A DNA stretch of 64,000 nt from Macrostomum lignano (taxonomy: Eukaryota): contig NIVC01000750.1 of assembly GCA_002269645.1 (NCBI GenBank), positions 129,915 through 193,914 on the forward strand, in the 5' to 3' direction. A program made the translations under genes and the position numbers. Positions within the stretch are counted from its first letter, which is position 1; each line of letters begins with the position of its first letter. Below the pieces are notes generated by a model. The model had not been told where the DNA came from. It did no database searches and saw only the letters and a program-made list of their open reading frames with translations. This document shows positions 12,755 through 25,609 of the stretch, in pieces.

Positions 12755-14722
12755 TTGTGAACTTGAGTAGTCAATTTGTTTAGCTCTGATACTTTATAGC
12801 CCAAGAATTTTAGGATAGACAATTAGGAATCCATAATCAGGTCAAGCAAGATACAATCTATTTTGATTACTTTGCTGACAAAATTTTCCAAGTAGACTGA
12901 AAAGGGGTTTGAAGTATCATGACAATGATACTTTTCATATTTTTTCATATTTGTATATATAGATTCTCATAGTAAATATCATTATAAAAATTTTGTCAAA
13001 AATTTAAGATAATTTGATACCTTAAAATTATTTAAATCCATACTTAGATTAAACTCAATCTATAGAAGCCTATTATTTGTTTTACAAATTTATTATATTA
13101 TTTAATTCTAATGTATAATAAGCAATAAGATATATATATATAGTAATATTAAAATATATCTTTAAATTAGCATTCTTTCAAAGACCTGGGTGTATGGGTT
13201 ATAAAATGTTAATTTTTTAAGACATTTAAATACTAATATTTGTTTGAAAAATTAAGTTTGAGATCATATGATAATAGGCAAAAAATTAGCATACAGCAAA
13301 TAGGCAAATCAGAAAACTAATGTATTGCATATAAAACAATTCAATTTCAATATAATATAATATTGCTTATAACTTTTAATAGTGTATTGTAAATATTTAA
13401 AAAATATGTTCACTTTTAATATATAGACCCTAAAAAATACTTACTAAATAAAGTACTTAAAAAAGGCCTATAATAATATGGCAAGCTATTCTATGAATCT
13501 AAAAAATAAAATAAGTACATGATAATGATAATAAATAAATATATTTCTTTCTTTTTAAGAAACTGTTTATAGTTCTTTATTATTAATTTATTTATAGGGC
13601 CTATACAAATACATATTCTTTTATTTTCTCCTAATAAATATCTTTTACCTTGGCACTATTTTTAAATCAAGATTAGATCAATAAAATCAAAATATTTATT
13701 GAATACAGGATTCAGAGCATCAAAGATCTGGTGCAATACTTAATCTAATAGTATTATTAAATGTTTATAAATTTAATCAAGAAAAATAGGCACTTAATAA
13801 CAAAAAATCTAAAAGTGCTTTAGGTTGTCAAAATCTTATTCCTATACAAGGCAAATAATATGAAACTTATTGAATTTTCTGTAGTTTTTATACTTTTTTA
13901 CTAATAATACATCATAGGACTAAGCATGTCAAAGTCTCACTTCGCTTACTTTTATGTATTGAATATAGAACAAAAAAATACATTTCTTACTTTTTGCGAC
14001 ACGAATGAGGAAAATATTGCCAATATAATACTGCATTCTTCTAATATTATATATCTACCCAGCAGCTTACGCTTCTAATTAATATTTTTTAAAAAGATAA
14101 GTCCACGACCACATGATGTTTTTGTTACAATTCAATTCATTAGAAGAAAACTTGAATTCTTGCTATCTTGAAGTCTAAAATCAAGAAAAAGATATTGCCT
14201 GGCCTTTCAAGGAACTTTTAAGCTTGCCAGTAGCTTCTAAAGCTGTCAGCTGACGCCGGCGGCGGGAAAAGTGAGAAGTGAGCTTATTCGTAGAATATAT
14301 AGCTTTAGATTTTACCGCGCAAACTATAAATAAAGAAACAATTTTTTTTTAATTTATTTACTTACACTTGTTTCATGTCACACACAAACCTGTAAGAAAA
14401 CTACTAAAAAATTATCTGCAAAGCTTTGGTTTGTGATAGTTCTAATAATAATAAATCAGTATTAACTTTTATCAATTGAATAATTCCTTTCAAGCGACTC
14501 GAACTGAGAACTGAACTTGGTACTTCTCTCAACGTGTGCATGATCAACGATCTTAAGATGCATGGTTTAGTTGTATTTCATTCTATTTCTCGAACTATGT
14601 TTTGATAAATAGAGAAAGAAGGACTGCTGAAACCTATTTTTATTAGGCGAAAGCTTTTGCATGTTTGGTTAACAAACAGCAAAAGTTATTCTCTAAAGGT
14701 AAAAAATTCTTAATCTGATATA

Positions 14723-17700
14723 ATGAGGCCAGCAAATGTTGCTAGCCCTGAAAACTGTGCCCAGACTGGTAGAATTGATCCCAATCAAGTAAGTGACGAT
14801 TGGGAACCACCGCGTTCGGCCAGAGATCACCAGTTGGAGACTGCATATCACCAAGCCTTATGGGATGCTTTGACCTGGATTAAAGCATGTACTGGCAAGA
14901 AGCAACCCCAGGAACAACAAAGACCATTTCAAATCGGCGAATTTCGCAGAGAACTTAGCGATGGCGTACAACTTTGCGAGTAAGTTGCATCAAATTTGCT
15001 CATTTATATTTAAATATTTTCCCCACGTGGATATAATTACATGACACGTTTTAAAGTATTCTGCAGATCGAGGTAAGCACCGTAATTATATGCATCCCCT
15101 TCCGCCCTTTCTTCAGGCTACTAAACGCTTTAAAGCCAGGAAGTATAAAACGGATTAACCGGCTTAAGATTAGCCTAGCCGCAGGACTGGTAAGAATTAT
15201 TTTGAGGCGCAGTTTGCATCGATTTTTTGTGCCTTTACGTTCGTACCAAGAATTTGGAAAATCAAACTAATTTTTATGCAGTAGGCTTCGAGCTGGTGAT
15301 TGACCAACTTCAATAACTGTTTGAATATCTTAGTCTAAGATGAGATAAAAGAGAATGGAGGGAGAGGAATAAGAGCAGAGAAGCTCCCAGAGTTCATTTT
15401 ACTCGTATATATTAACGAGACACACTTGGCTGGTTAGAAATTTTTTGTAGACAGAGAAAGTTTATAATGGCTGAAAGGAGGTGAGCAGGTGCGTCAGAAA
15501 GATCCAACATACATTTATAGCTTGAGCGTGTTGCGAAGCGAAGGGCGTATCAAATTAAGTGTCTAATGAGCGCTTGAGCCGGCTGCGTCTTGCATGGCTA
15601 AATTTTAACATCGAATTTGAATCGGCATGAGTTCATTTCACAATCTCTTGCAGTGTGAGGCAGAGGGAGAGGCAGAGGGATAGACAGAGGGAGAGGCAGA
15701 GGGAGAGGCAGAGGGAGAGGCAGAGGGAGAGGCAGAGGGAGAGGCAGAGAGAGAGAGGCAGAGAGAGAGGCAGAGAGAGAGAGGCAGAGAGAGAGAGACA
15801 GAGGGAGAGGCAGAGGGAGAGGCAGAGGGATGGGCAGAGGGAGGGGCAGAGAGAGAGGCAGAGGGAGAGGCAGAGGGAGAGGCAGAGGGAGAGGCAGAGG
15901 GATAGGCAGAGGGATAGACAGAGGGAGAGGCAGAGGGAGAGGCAGAGGGATAGGCAGAGGGAGAGGCAGAGGGAGAGGCAGAGAGAGAGAAGCAGAGGGA
16001 GAGGCAGAGAGAGAGAGAGAGGCAGAGGGAGAGGCAGAGAGAGAGAGAGAGAGAGAGGCAGAGGGAGAGGCAGAGAGAGAGACAGAGGGAGGGGTAGAGA
16101 GAGAGGCAGAGGGATAGACAGAGGGAGAGGCAGAGGGATAGACAGAGGGAGGGGTAGAGAGAGAGGCAGAGGGATAGACAGAGGGAGAGGCAGAGGGATA
16201 GACAGAGGGAGAGGCAGAGGGAGAGGCAGAGGGAGAGGCAGAGGGAGAGGCAGAGGGAGAGGCAGAGGGATGGGCAGAGGGAGAGGCAGAGGCAGAGGCA
16301 GAGGGAGAGGCAGAGGGAGAGACAGAGGGAGAGGCAGAGGGATAGACAGAGGGAGAGGCAGAGGGAGAGGCAGAGGGAGAGGCAGAGGGAGAGGCAGAGG
16401 GAGAGGCAGAGGGATGGGCAGAGGGAGAGGCAGAGGCAGAGGCAGAGGGAGAGGCAGAGGGAGAGACAGAGGGAGAGGCAGAGGGATGGGCAGAGAGAGA
16501 GGCAGAGGCAGAGGGATAGGCATCTGCTGAAGCAGAGACTGAGTGATGTATAAAGGACTAGGATTAGGTAATAATGAGATTGCATGCGGGCTATTACACA
16601 ATATACTTGCCCAAACACAGCACCCACTAAGCCAAGGAGAAAAATTCTCTCTTTAACAAAACATGCACCAGCCTGGCTGAATCCGCAATTCAAAGCAAAG
16701 CAGAGACAATTAGAATAAAAGAAGACTTTCCAGAGGTCTGTCTGTCTGTGAGAGCGGTTTATTGCTCAAAGTTGGCCAGAAAAAGACAGTGAGAAGAGAA
16801 AACTAGATCGTACAGCCTAAGCACGGCTTCAGCAGCCGAAGAATTTAGATAACAGTTTTTGAGCACTCCGCTGTCCGTACGGAGAACTTTCTCTGCATGA
16901 AATCTGTTGCTTGTAAAAAATATTATTATCTATACTTCTAGGTTTAATCTCAGCTGTGACCTACAGTGCATTGGCTTAAAATAAAATACTGCATTTTTCT
17001 GTATGCATTCAGCTACCAAACCAGATCATTCTAACGCTTAGAAGTGCACAAGGCATGGAAAATTAGAGAAAAATTCTAGAAAATTTCAAACATTTCTTTA
17101 ATCATAAAAATGTTTTACAACGAAGTCAGTGGTATTTTTCATGTGCTATGATGTACGGTACATTATAGCTTTAGAGTAGCATGAAAGTGCTGTGAGGGGA
17201 GATGAGGGGGCAGATGAGAGGGGAGATGAGAGGGGAGATGAGAGGGGAGATGAGAGGGGAGATGAGAGAGCAGATGAGAGGGGGGATGATAAAGGAGATG
17301 AGAGGGGAGATGAGAGAGGGGATGAGAGGGGAGATGGAGAGGGGAGATGAGATGAGAGGGGAGATGTGGCGGCATTGAGAAAAGGTTGATTCTTTATTCA
17401 TTTTAAATTTAAAATAAAAAACTCCATTCGATTTGTCTGGACTAAAGAAACAGAAATATTCTCTGAACTCTACTAAAAGTAGAAGCACACGAATTTTATT
17501 AAGTTTCAGTCTAACTCAAAGAAAGCGATGCATTTACATGGAAATAAAAAAGCTTGGCAAACATTGCAGGACAATTTGACAGTTTTCATCAGTGCATGTC
17601 AAAGCACGTTTGGCCAATCAAGACTGTCAATTTTTGAAATTGCGGATGTTGTTGAAGATATTTCTGAGAGATTTCTACCGTAAGTATTGTTTGCAATCAA

Positions 17701-20700
17701 TGATTGGTTGTTAGGCATCTAATGATTCTCTCAGACACCTGTCTGAAGCATCTACTACTTCTCTCAGACACCTGTCTGAAGCATCTACTTCTCTCAGACA
17801 CCTGTCTGAAGCATCTACTACTTCTCTCAGACACCTGTCTGAAGCATCTACTACTTCTCTCAGACACCTGTCTGAAGCATCTACTACTTCTCTCAGACAC
17901 CTGTCTGAAGCATCTAATTCTCTCAAGACACCTGTCTGAAGCATCTACTACTTCTCTCAGACACCTGTCTGAAGCATCTAATTCTCTCAAGACACATGTC
18001 TGAAGCATCTAATTCTCTCACAGACACCTGTCTGAAGCATCTAATTCTCTCAAGACACCTGTCTGAAGCATCTAATTCTCTTCAGACACACCTGCCTGAA
18101 GACAAACCAATCTGTGCTTACTAGCTTTGAATAGCAATTCCATCTATTCCACCCTAGCAACCTATGCGACAAGTATCAAATTGCTTTTTATTCCAGAGAA
18201 GAAGCAGCCCGAGAAGACGAACGCAGGTGCAAAAAGGTAAGACAATTGACCCCCTATAAACATTTTTTACTATCATTTTATTTACGCCTCCAATGCTGCT
18301 TTTCTAACACCACGTGGGTAGGGCGTTCTTCTGCACAGGAAATGCTATGAAAGAGAAAACAAACTTGCTGAATTAGGAAAGTATAGACAGAGCACACATG
18401 GCAGGCTTATATTGTTGAATCGACCATTATTATGTGCAGGGAGGGTTGTCAGCCCTGAGAAATAACAACCCACCACACCCTTCTTACCTTCTCTCTTCTC
18501 TCTCTATCTCTCTCGTCTCGCCCACAATGCCAAAGCATTTCGGAGTCTATGACTCGATTCCTAAAAAACTATTCGAGTACAGCATAAGCTGGCATGAGCA
18601 CTTATAATACATTTAGTAGCCCCTATAACCAACCCAGAGCAAGACTCCTGAGCAAGGTTAGCTGTAGCCAATCCAACTTATGTGTATACTTACTGAGGAA
18701 ATAGACAGCAGGGGGGGAGGCCGCGGACACAGGGCAGAGCTACACAGTCGGTCAGAGGTGTATAAGCATACTCAGACCAAAGCGCAGGCATATTCAAGTG
18801 AGTCTCTCTCTGGCTAGCTGCGAGTGTCAACTGAGCTTCAAAGTTCATTCCTGGCCCAGGACTTGGACTCCATATAGCTCTCTCTCTCTCTCTCTCTCTC
18901 TGAATGTGTCAATCTTGACTAGCAAACTTGGTTTTAATTATCGATTGACGTTTAACTGAAAAGAAAGTTAATCATTCTCTCAGATTCTTGACTGCCTAGT
19001 GAGGCTTTACCGACTGCAGCAGCAGCAGCAGCAGCAGCAACTGCCTCAGCTATCATTAGAAGCGCTGCAAGTTGTCCTTGGAGAATCCGCCGCAGCAGTC
19101 ACCAGTCCCGTTGATTCTACCGGTCGCCGACAGTCGCTAAGACCGAACAGTTCTGTAGAACCGGCAATTTCAGCAGTCAGCGCTGCCGAGGCTGCAGACA
19201 TGGCCAGGAGGCAAGCTGAGAGTAGCAAACAGCAGCAGCAGCAACAAAGGCGTTCCGTCAACAGCTTTGATGATGATGACGATGATGCTGGATGGTTGGA
19301 GGTGAGTTAATGAAGCTTCTCAGTCTGAGTAAACTCAGTCGCCGAGGAAACCAGTCTCTGGGTAACCTAGTCCCTAAGTAACCTAGTCCCTGAGTAATCT
19401 AGTCCTTGGATACCCTAGTCTCTGAGTAACCTAGTCCCTGAGTAACCTAGTCCCTGAGTAACCTAGTCCCTGAGTAACCTAGTCCCTGAGTAACCTAGTC
19501 CCTGAGTAACCTAGTCCCTGAGTAACCTAGTCCCTGAGTAACCTAGTCCCTGAGTAACCTAGTCCCTGAGTAACCTAGTCCCTGAGTAACCTAGTCCCTG
19601 AGTAACCTAGTCCCTGAGTAACCTAGTCCCTGAGTAACCTAGAATCTGGATACCCTTGTCCCTGAGTAACTTAGTCTCTGAGTAACCAGTCCCTGAGTAA
19701 CCAGTTTCTAAAACGCTGGGCCCTGGGTAGCAATACGCAGCCCATGTAGCAAGACAGTCCATGCGGTTCAGCATCGCCACTAGCTACTTCAAGTCTCCCA
19801 CTTGCCGAACCCTCCTACAGTCTCTGAGCAACTGGAAGGAGAAGCGTCGAAGGTCGCTGCACAACTCGCTGCCCCGTCTCAACCTTGTCGAGGAGCTTCG
19901 TCGGGCTGATGAAGAAGCCGAGACTGAAGCGGCCACCACCGAGGCCAAAGAAAAAAATCGACCGCTGGCTCAGCGAATGCAGCAAAGGTGGGAGCAAAGT
20001 TTTAATTCTAAGAATAACTCACACCTGTACAGGTACAAGAGTTCCAAAGAAATTTGCTCCAATTCATCCTGGACCGTCTCATATTTTATTGAATGTCTCT
20101 CTTTAGCCTGCCTAACATCTGAAGCGACTGTCTGTCTCCAGCCTGATTCGTCTTAACTCATCTGTGAGTGATTTGTCTCCATCCTGATTCGTCTTAACTC
20201 ATCTGTGAGTGATTTGTCTCCATCCTGATTCGTCTTAACTCATCTGTGAGTGATTTGTCTCCATCCTGATTCGTCTCAACTCATCTGTGAGTGATTTGTA
20301 TCCATCCTGACTCGTCTCAACTCATCTGTGAGTGATTTGTCTCCATCCCGATCCGTCACAACTCATCTGTGAGTGATTTGTCTCCATCCCGATCCGTCAC
20401 AACTCATCTGTGAGTGATTTGTCTCCATCCCGATCCGTCACAACTCATCTGTGAGTGATTTGTCTCCATCCCGATCCGTCACAACTCATCTGTGAGTGAT
20501 TTGTCTCCATCCTGATTCGTCTTAACTCATCTGTGAGTGATTTGTATCCATCCTGACTCGTCTCAACTCATCTGTGAGTGATCTCTCTCCATCCCGATCC
20601 GTCACAACTCATCTGTGAGTGATTTGTCTCCATCCTGACTCGTCTCAACTCATCTGTGAGTGATTTGTCTCCATCCTGACTCGTCTCAACTCATCTGTGA

Positions 20701-21346
20701 GTGATCTCTCTCCATCCCGATCCGTCACAACTCATCTGTGAGTGATTTGTCTCCATCCTGACTCGTCTCAACTCATCTGTGAGTGATCTCTCTCCATCCC
20801 GATCCGTCACAACTCATCTGTGAGTGATTTGTCTCCATCCTGATTCGTCTTAACTCATCTGTGAGTGATTTGTCTCCATCCTGATTCGTCTTAACTCATC
20901 TGTGAGTGATTTGTCTCCATCCTGACTCGTCTCAACTCATCTGTGAGTGATCTCTCTCCATCCCGATCCGTCACCACTCATCTGTGAGTGATCTCTCAAA
21001 CCGCAGAGCCAAGAGCGTTAACGGTGTTGAATCCGAGTCAGAAGACGAGATTTTCGAGCCGCAACTTGAAGCAAAATCTGCTTCTACTTTAAGATTCGAA
21101 ACAGACAACAGACAGGAAGACTCAAGACTCGATAAAGAGCAAGACAGTATCAAGGACTGCGGCTCTAGTCGACTAGCATCAAAGGCTAATGCCCAAGACG
21201 ATTTGAAAAGTTACAACGGAAAATCTTCGCCATTAAATGACAAGCAAAGCCAACCAAAGCGATCAGATGAAGCATCGAGCAGACTTCAAGCTGGAGGTGC
21301 GAGGCTCCAGTTTTCAAAGAAGCCGCCAGCACCGCAACCGCCAACG

Positions 21347-21378
<32 letters not shown>

Positions 21379-23842
21379 ACGGAAGCAGCATCAGCCACCT
21401 CCACCGCCGCCACCACCGCCGCTAAAGCCAAAACCGCAAGCAGCAACGACTCCGGTGACTTCGGCTCCAGCGGTGGACACTGCAGCAACTCTGTCAGCTC
21501 GCGAGCGCCTGTTTCTAAGCAACGGAGACGGTCAACAACAGCATCGAAGTCGGCTTCAGCAGCGACAGCAGCAGCCTTTAGTGAGAAGTCGCAGCACAGA
21601 TGCTTTGGACGCCACGCCATCGGATGATGTAGTTGCAGATCAAGCAGACGACAGCAGAGTGTCCTACTACGGCGGTGCTCGCAGAACCAGCCCGGAGCCA
21701 AGACAGCAGCGGCATGTTCGGCAAATTAAATCTGAGTTCGAGCCTCTGGCTACCAGCAACTTCAGTTCAGCTACGAGAGTTGTGCAGCAGATGCAGCCAG
21801 TCGCCAGTCAGCAGTCAGTGCCAGATCCGATGCCAGGGAATCAGTCTGCAACACCTAGGGCTGTCAAGGTAATTTTTGCATCATATTTTATTTTACTTAT
21901 TTCAAAGCACATTCATTTGAGAGGAGCTGTAAGGCAATTTAGTGTATTACAGGTAGAAGTGCGCATGTAATTAGGTTTGCACGGAACTGGTTAATTAATA
22001 ATTAACAGTACCAAGCTTACCTTTAAAAAACAAGACTATGCATGCCCAGATGTAATAAAAAGTTTTTAATTATTGAAGCTATGGAAATAAAAAGCTCCTT
22101 TGAAATCGAAGGCCTTTTATTATAGCTATAAATTGTACTTTTGCCAAATAAACAAATTGGCTCCTAATTAATATAGTAACTACTTTAAGGTTGCGCGTGT
22201 ACTACTCACGCAGACTTTATTTCCTCATATATTAATTCATTTTACCATTTGATGTTGGTCCATCAGTTCACAGGCGCCAATGAAGAGGTAAAGAAAATGA
22301 TTTTTTAAACCTGCTTTTTATCTTATAAATCAAACGGTTGATTGGTTGCTTTGATTAAATGCGCTACTTTTAATCACGTGTCAGTTTAGATTGGTGATAG
22401 GTATTTACACAAGGACTTACATGAGTAATCTACACGGGAATTATCAATACAATTACGATAATAAATCATTCTAAAAATGTATTTTAAACACAAAAACAAA
22501 AAATGTAATTCAGTAGCTAGACATACAGTAGCCAAATAAAATTTGTACATCGAAGTATTGAAAAAAGTTTCATTTAGACGTAGCTATTGAATAAATTTGG
22601 ATTTAAAAGACTCCCGTTAAAATAATTGAGACCATGCAATAAACAATAACATACTCATAAGTCAGTGTAGGTGGTTGATCACTGCATCATTCAGTTTAGT
22701 AATCACTGAAATTTTTGCTGGTAATATTATACCACAAAATCACCAATCAAAACATAAAAATTTCTGTGCCGTACCTTCATGATGAATACTCCGAATATCT
22801 ATTTATATCTATTTTTGTTATAATCTCTTGCAACGTGTATATTCACTTATCAAGTACACTCTTTGTTTTTTATAACAAATACATTATTATGCTTAGCTAG
22901 CAATACGAGCGTACTATATTGATAGATTTAATTTTATTGAAAAAATCTGTAACTAATGCTGATGGGAAATATTTTCTGAGGAGAAATAGTAGTACATAAA
23001 GTATCTGCCTTGATAAATGATTAAACTTCACACTATTTTGGCGTCGGTGATTTAACGCGATAATTTAAATAATTAACGAGCCTGTCCGTTGGATTAACGG
23101 GCCTCTTTGTGTTATATTTGGTCTTAAAAATTAAAACTTCAGTATTTAAACATCTGCAGAATAATTAACAAGTTTCGTCGTTATAATAATTACGAGTATT
23201 CAAATCTATTTATCGGATAGGTTGTGAATTAATTAGTGCTTCGCAATTAATAAAAAGAGATATACATTAATTTGAAGCTGGGTGTGAAATAAATAATAGA
23301 TTGCATTACTAAACAATATTATATTAAGTATTTGAGTTCCTTACCGCACTTCATTCATGTATAGATACACATAGATGTAGTCGACAACTAGTAGGCATCA
23401 GTGCAATATTGATTTCTGACACAAAACCTTTCTTGTACAAATTTTTAATTGTTTTTATAAACGCATTTCAAATATCGCAGCACGTACCACTGCGAGCTGT
23501 CAACAATCCTCTGATGTTCAGCGCTGAACAAACTGATTTGATGCGCAAGTCCTTGTCAGCAAAAGACTCGGCTGAGTCTGATGCTTTTCGGGTGAGTTTG
23601 TTGGCATGAATAGAGTGACTTGGTGCTGGTTGCAGGGAGTGACTAGATTCACTGATGCTGGTTGCAGGGAGTGACGAGACTCATTGATGCTGGTTGCAGG
23701 GAGTGACTAGATTCACTGATTCTGGTTGCAGGGAGTGACTAGATTCACTTATGCATGCTAAACCTCTTCTCTACAGAGTATATCAAATGGGGTTGACCTC
23801 CCCGGAGCAAGAGACCTGCAGCAACCATATCTGCCGCCCCAG

Positions 23843-23888
<46 letters not shown>

Positions 23889-24321
23889 TGCAGCAATCTT
23901 TTCTTCAACCGTCTAATGTCGGTTTAATGAAGATTCTACAGAATCGAGCGCTATTGGAGCAGCATCAGGAGCAGAGGCACAATAGACATCTGTGAGTCTC
24001 CGAGCTTTGCTCATTCAATTGTAATGACTGTTAAAAATACGCCACTTTATTCGCTTAACCACTTCTGGACAGCTGTGTGCATCTTCGAATGAAAATAAAA
24101 AATAAGCTGTGGCAGCTCGAAGCTTGCAAAAATACGAGTCGAAAATATAATTTGCAAAACGTGGGAAAACAGAACAATGAATATTACAATGACAATACGA
24201 AAAAAGTAAATATGCTCGTACATTGGATATAAATAGAAGATCAAGTTGACGCGATGAGTTTTGTAGCTGGGTTAGAGTGAATAAAATGCAATGAGGCATA
24301 CAAGCAGACAGACAGACACTA

Positions 24322-24376
<55 letters not shown>

Positions 24377-25576
24377 GAGGCAGGCAGGCAGGCAGGCAGA
24401 CAGACAGAGAGGCAGGCAGGCAGACGAAGGCAGATGCTATGCAGACTTACACGGTGGAGCTGTGCAACACCCAAAGCTTGCAGTTGAGCGTAAAACCAAT
24501 TTGCAACTCTCATAGTCAGGCCACTCTAAATAGATGCGAATTCCAGCTATCGAATTACTCAACCACGAGCAAATACTGATGAACATCCGGTCGATCCATC
24601 CTGGCAGCCGGGTCCATGCAATGCTACATGCACACAGTTTTAAGAGAAATGGACGATGAGCTTGTGTCTTCCGCTGGATTTCCCACTTGCACGTGTCGTT
24701 GCACCTGCGCGCACTACTCCGAGCAGGCATCGAGCGCCAATTCGGATAGGCCAGCAAACGATCAATCAGAGTCATTTGACGCTTTGATTGCCGATATGCG
24801 CAATTTCGTGCACGAACTGACTAAACTCGATGCCGACCTGCATTGCAGCCGGCGTCAGCAGTTGAAGCAGCGCAGCCGGTCGGCCGAGAGACGCGGCAAC
24901 GACGCGTTCAACGACTACGATGACGACGTCGGCAACAACAACAAAGACAGGAACAAAGAGCCTCGAGAAGTTGCAACTCGCCGAGCTGCTGCACTGGACG
25001 GTTCGCAGACTTTATCCCATCAGAAGCAGCAATATTTGCCGCAGCAACAGACTACAAGGTAGGTTTGAAGACATTACTTAGTTTAAGTTTTGAGATTAAA
25101 ATCTTCATCAAATGCTCTGTTAATAAGCTTGAATCCAAGAATTTTATAATATCAGCTCTTATTGAAAGTTTGTGAGATGCGTCTAAACAGCGATTTAATT
25201 TGGTGACCAGGAAATGACGTTTTAATCGCGAATTCTGAAGGCCCTATTGACTTTTCAGTGCTTTTCATCAACAACTTGGCTGATTTGCGATTGTAGTATG
25301 TTTAGTAGTACGTTTAAGAATATACTGAGTGTTTCTGCAAAACATCATTCGCATCTTTTGTTTATTTGCAATGTTTCTACCATCTCTCTACCAGACATTC
25401 GGCCGAATGGGATCCAAAATTTGGTGGTCCCGCGCACTTGCGAGCGGTGCAGCAGCAGCAGCACCCACTGTCGCATCAGGTTGTGGTCAAGGATTCACGG
25501 ATGAGGGTGGCTGCAGCGCCTACGGCAACCATGACTGTGGGCAGGCAACCGCGCCAGCTGCAGAACCATCCCCCGA

Positions 25577-25609
<33 letters not shown>

